In this document: positions 60,382-64,000 of the stretch, in pieces
Layout: every line of letters begins with the position of its first letter
Numbering within the stretch: the stretch's first letter is position 1
Origin: a virus
Virus record (IMG/VR): IMGVR_UViG_3300030104_002385
Span: 1-64,000 of that record
DNA length: 64,000 bases
Strand: one strand, 5' to 3'
Translations under genes and position numbers: made by a program
The notes under the pieces: model-generated
The model's input: the letters and a program-made list of their open reading frames with translations, nothing else
Database searches by the model: none
What the model was told of the DNA's origin: nothing

Positions 60382-62634
60382 ATGGCAGCCAATCAATTAT
60401 CGCCAGGTGTAGTCGTTCAGGAAAGAGACCTGACAACGATTACCACTCTGTCAACAGCAAACGTTGGTGTAATAGCAGCACCTTTCGATATTGGTCCTGT
60501 CGAAGAAATAGTAGATATTAGTACCGAAAGAGGACTAGTAGATAAATTCGGTAAACCAAACGATGCAAACTATGAGTTTTGGTTCACTGCATCACAATAC
60601 TTAGCATACGGTGGTTCACTTAAAGCAATTAGAACTAATGCAGCATCTCTAAAAAATGCTGTTAATACAGGAACTGCTCCTCTAGTTAAGAACTTAGATG
60701 ATTATGATGCTAACTGGGTTGCCTCAAATAATAACTGGAATTGGTCTGCTAGAACTCCTGGTACCAAAGGAAATTCGATTGGTGTATTTGTAACTGATGC
60801 TGGTGCTGATCAGATTGGTGTAATACCTGCTCCTGGATCTGGTAACGATTATGAATTCGTTGCAGATGCTGCAGTTTCTGCTACATCTGGTGCTGCTGGT
60901 AAAGTATTTAAGTATTCAATTCGTCTAACAGTAACAACAGTTGTTGGTGATTTCACTCCTGGTGCTACTACAACAATTAACATTGGTGGTTCAAATGAAA
61001 CTGTTAATGTTCTTGCTTACGATCCAGCTAATAAGTATATTGAAATTGGACTACCTTCTGGTGGTGTAACTGGTATCATTGCTGATGGTCAGACAATTAC
61101 CCAAGGAGCAAATACTGCTGTTATCGCAACTACTGGTATTGAGCGTCGTCTATACATTGCTAAAAACAAAGGATCTATAGATTTCGCTGCTGCTGATAGT
61201 GTTCAGGATACTAACTCAACTGCTGTTGCAATTACTTCAGTAAGAGTTGAGTATAACGAGCGTGAGTATCTTCCTGGTATTAAGTGGATTAACGTTGCTA
61301 CACGTCCTGGAACTTCACAGTCAGTTGATGCTGCTGGTGGTTTCCGTGATGAAGTACACATTATTGTAACAGACGTTGATGGTTCTATCACTGGTACTGC
61401 TGGTGCTGTTCTTGAGCGTTTCATCGGATTGTCCAAAGCATCTGATGCTAAGACATCTGTTGGTGAGACTAACTACTACGTAGAAGTAATTAAGCAAAAG
61501 TCTAATTACATCTATTGGGGTAAGCATGAAGCTACTGTATTCAATGCAACTGGTACTCCTTCTGATGGAGATTGGGGATTGAGTGGTGCTTCTAAGCAGT
61601 TCAACTTACTACGTTCTGCTGATGGATCTACTGATTATCCTGTAGGTCGTACAACTGTTGGTTCTAAAAATAACTCAACATTCTACTACAGACTTGCATC
61701 TGGTGCAGACTACACAACTTCAGGTGGTAGTTACGCTGTTACTAATGCAGACTTCGAGACTGCTTATAATTTAGTTGCTGACCCTGAGTCACAAACAATC
61801 GACTTTATCCTTACTGGTCCTTCTGGTGCTGATAATGGTGCTGCTCTTTCTAAAATAACTGCAATTGCAAACATTGTTGAAGAGCGTAGAGATTGTCTAG
61901 CATTTGTTTCTCCACGTAGAGGAAACGTTGTTGGTGTAAGTAATGCACAAACAGCAACAGATAATACTATTGAGTTCTTCGATTTACTTCCAAGTTCTTC
62001 TTACATGGTATTTGACTCAGGATACAAGTACATCTATGACAAGTTTAATGATGTATATCGTTACATCCCTTGCAATGGTGATACTGCAGGTCTATGTTTA
62101 CAAACAACTGAAGTTGCTGAAGCATGGTTCTCACCTGCTGGTTTCCAAAGAGGAACTCTAAGAAATGCAATTAAACTTGCTTTCACACCTAATAAGTTAC
62201 AAAGAGATCAACTTTATGCTTCACGCATAAACCCAGTTGTATCTTTCCCTGGACAGGGTATTGTATTATTCGGTGATAAAACTGCTCTTGGATATGCATC
62301 TGCATTTGATAGAATTAACGTACGTCGTTTGTTCTTGACAATTGAGAGAGTTATATCTGGTGCTGCTAAGGCACAACTCTTCGAGCAAAACGATGAGTCA
62401 CAAAGAAGTCTATTCCTCAACATCGTTGAACCTTACATGCGTGATGTTCAAGGTCGTCGTGGTGTAACTGACTTCTTAGTTAAGTGTGATAGTGACAATA
62501 ACCCTGCTGAGTCAATTGACCGTGGTGAATTCTACGCAGAGATATTTGTAAAACCAACTCGCACAATTAACTACATCACTCTAAGTTTTGTTGCTACAAG
62601 AACTGGTGTTGCATTTAGCGAAGTCGCTAACTAG
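60382..62634 (+). CDS. gp18: Tail sheath protein gp18
   Basis: LSPGVVVQERDLT, WFSPAGFQRG, LYASRINPV..FPGQG.VLFGDKT, FDRINVRRLF, FVKPTRTINYITLSFVATRTG. Confidence 0.98.
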   Translation: MAANQLSPGVVVQERDLTTITTLSTANVGVIAAPFDIGPVEEIVDISTERGLVDKFGKPNDANYEFWFTASQYLAYGGSLKAIRTNAASLKNAVNTGTAPLVKNLDDYDANWVASNNNWNWSARTPGTKGNSIGVFVTDAGADQIGVIPAPGSGNDYEFVADAAVSATSGAAGKVFKYSIRLTVTTVVGDFTPGATTTINIGGSNETVNVLAYDPANKYIEIGLPSGGVTGIIADGQTITQGANTAVIATTGIERRLYIAKNKGSIDFAAADSVQDTNSTAVAITSVRVEYNEREYLPGIKWINVATRPGTSQSVDAAGGFRDEVHIIVTDVDGSITGTAGAVLERFIGLSKASDAKTSVGETNYYVEVIKQKSNYIYWGKHEATVFNATGTPSDGDWGLSGASKQFNLLRSADGSTDYPVGRTTVGSKNNSTFYYRLASGADYTTSGGSYAVTNADFETAYNLVADPESQTIDFILTGPSGADNGAALSKITAIANIVEERRDCLAFVSPRRGNVVGVSNAQTATDNTIEFFDLLPSSSYMVFDSGYKYIYDKFNDVYRYIPCNGDTAGLCLQTTEVAEAWFSPAGFQRGTLRNAIKLAFTPNKLQRDQLYASRINPVVSFPGQGIVLFGDKTALGYASAFDRINVRRLFLTIERVISGAAKAQLFEQNDESQRSLFLNIVEPYMRDVQGRRGVTDFLVKCDSDNNPAESIDRGEFYAEIFVKPTRTINYITLSFVATRTGVAFSEVAN

Positions 62635-62657
62635 ATTACAATTACATAGATTAAGAG

Positions 62658-62683
62658 TAGCGGAGTATATCTCCGCTATTTTT
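62658..62683 (+). terminator. Rho-independent terminator after gp18
   Basis: TAGCGGAG-tatat-CTCCGCTA followed by TTTTT. Confidence 0.85.
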
Positions 62684-62703
62684 ATGTTGAAAATATTCAT
62701 TTT

Positions 62704-62711
62704 TCTAAATA
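62704..62711 (+). promoter_or_regulatory. Late promoter variant (TCTAAATA) for gp19
   Basis: TAAATA core between the terminator and the gp19 RBS. Confidence 0.65.
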
Positions 62712-62739
62712 TTAAGGACAAGGGAGTAACATAACAATC

Positions 62740-63330
62740 ATGGCACAAAAAGGAACTATTGATGATTTTAAGGCGAAAGTCGCAGCAGATTTTGCCCGTC
62801 CTAATCTATTCCAAGTGGATTTGGCATTCCCATCAACAATACCACAGTTGAATAATTCTGCAATTACTGATACTGGTAAGTTTACAGTCCGTGCAGCAAA
62901 TTTACCTGCTTCACAGATTGGTGTAATAGAAGTTCCTTTTAGGGGAAGGGTTTTAAAGATTGCAGGAGATCGTACATTCGAGCCTTGGACAATCACAATT
63001 CAGAACGACAGCAACTTCGTTCTTAGAAGTGCGTTTGAACTTTGGGCACAATCTATTCAAGCATACAATGAGAACTTTACTCAAGCAAAAGGTTTGGGTG
63101 ATACTGATGACGCAACAGGTTACTTCGCTGATATGCAAGTTCATCAGTTAGCAAGAGATATTAAGGATGGTGATGCACCTAAGATCCTTAAGTCTTATAA
63201 GTTCTACAACGTCTTCCCATCAAGTATCGCAGCCATAGATCTTGACTTCGGAAACAATGACGCAATCGAGGAGTTCACTGTTGAACTACAAGTTCAGTAC
63301 TGGACAGATATGCCTCTCAAAAATTCATGA
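62740..63330 (+). CDS. gp19: Tail tube protein gp19
   Basis: ARPNLFQV, AANLPAS.IG.IEVPFRGR.LKIAGDRTFEPWTIT, IEEFTVELQVQYW. Confidence 0.97.
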   Translation: MAQKGTIDDFKAKVAADFARPNLFQVDLAFPSTIPQLNNSAITDTGKFTVRAANLPASQIGVIEVPFRGRVLKIAGDRTFEPWTITIQNDSNFVLRSAFELWAQSIQAYNENFTQAKGLGDTDDATGYFADMQVHQLARDIKDGDAPKILKSYKFYNVFPSSIAAIDLDFGNNDAIEEFTVELQVQYWTDMPLKNS

Positions 63331-63341
63331 TCAGGCAACCT

Positions 63342-63349
63342 GATAAATA
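63342..63349 (+). promoter_or_regulatory. Late promoter (GATAAATA) for gp20
   Basis: NATAAATA 25 nt before the gp20 ATG. Confidence 0.75.
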
Positions 63350-63374
63350 GAACAGGAACAATAGAAATTTAGTA

Positions 63375-64000
63375 ATGTCGCAACTCTTTGGATTTAGTTT
63401 AGAGAGGGCAAAGAAGGTTCCAAAGGGGCCTTCTTTTGTTCAGAAGGATAGTTTAGATGGATCACAACCTATAGTAGGTGGTGGTTACTATGGCTATTCT
63501 ATTGACATGGATGGTACTGTTCGTAATGAGTATGAATTGATCACCCGTTATAGGGAGATGGTTTTACAACCAGAATGTGATAGTGCTGTCGATGATGTAG
63601 TTAATGAAACAATATGTGGAAACTTTGATGATGTTCCTATTGCTGTAGAGCTATCAAATTTAAAAGCATCTGAAAAAATTAAGAAATTAATTCGTGAGGA
63701 GTTCGATGAAATCCTACGTCTTCTTGATTTTGATAATAGATCTTACGAAATCTTCCGTCGATGGTATGTTGATGGGAGACTTTTTTATCATAAGGTAATC
63801 GATCCTAAAAACCCTAAAGGTGGATTGATAGAACTTAGATATATCGATCCTCGTAAGATACGTAAAGTAACTGAGTACGATCAAAAACGTCCAGAAGAAT
63901 TCAGATCTACTGATCTCAATACTCAACTCACACAGAAGTCAGCATCATATTATCTGTATAATCCAAAAGGATTAAGGAACGCAACAAATCAGGGTATGAA
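63375..64000 (+). CDS. gp20: Portal vertex protein gp20 (3'-truncated by the window end; absent from the ORF track)
   Basis: Translated by hand: MSQLFGFSL...ELITRYREM..QPECDSAVDDVVNE...IFRRWYVDGRLFYHKVID...ELRYIDPRKIRKV. Confidence 0.96.
   Translation, partial: MSQLFGFSLERAKKVPKGPSFVQKDSLDGSQPIVGGGYYGYSIDMDGTVRNEYELITRYREMVLQPECDSAVDDVVNETICGNFDDVPIAVELSNLKASEKIKKLIREEFDEILRLLDFDNRSYEIFRRWYVDGRLFYHKVIDPKNPKGGLIELRYIDPRKIRKVTEYDQKRPEEFRSTDLNTQLTQKSASYYLYNPKGLRNATNQGM

Noticed and set aside
58656-64000. Introns, inteins or homing endonucleases in gp17-gp20
   Set aside because: The ORFs are continuous and of ordinary length, with no LAGLIDADG, HNH or GIY-YIG motifs seen.
1-64000. tRNA, rRNA or other structured RNA genes
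   Set aside because: Intergenic gaps are nearly all under ~110 nt and are explained by promoters and terminators; no cloverleaf was recognised by eye. A covariance-model scan would be needed to exclude them fully.

Overview
A 64-kb, AT-rich segment of a T4-like myovirus, almost certainly a marine cyanophage, with all credible genes on the + strand. It covers the virion structural cluster. Gene order: partial structural gene, PAAR spike tip, a small basic ORF, heme oxygenase, 2OG-Fe(II) oxygenase, gp25, gp6, a giant 7974-aa gp7-like baseplate protein, a gp9/10-like protein, a 1461-aa structural protein, gp8, a VrlC-like protein, a 2168-aa fibre, gp13, gp14, gp15, gp16, a ~4-kb island of small ORFs (including a PsbN-like gene and an SNase-like nuclease), gp17, gp18, gp19 and the start of gp20. 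T4-type late promoter boxes (NATAAATA) precede most units. The most striking observation is in the giant gp7. Its ~90-110-aa His/Cys/YPR repeat is not tandem but recursively inserted into itself: 17 copies parse by hand as a fully balanced bracket tree, depth 6, with 7 leaves. Russian-doll nesting also appears in the fibre (5 openers then 5 closing strands) and in gp18. Several virion proteins carry candidate metal sites (type-1-copper-like His/Cys/His/Met sets, an EF-hand-like loop, a His/Cys-rich PAAR). All family calls come from motif recognition by eye; no database searches were run.
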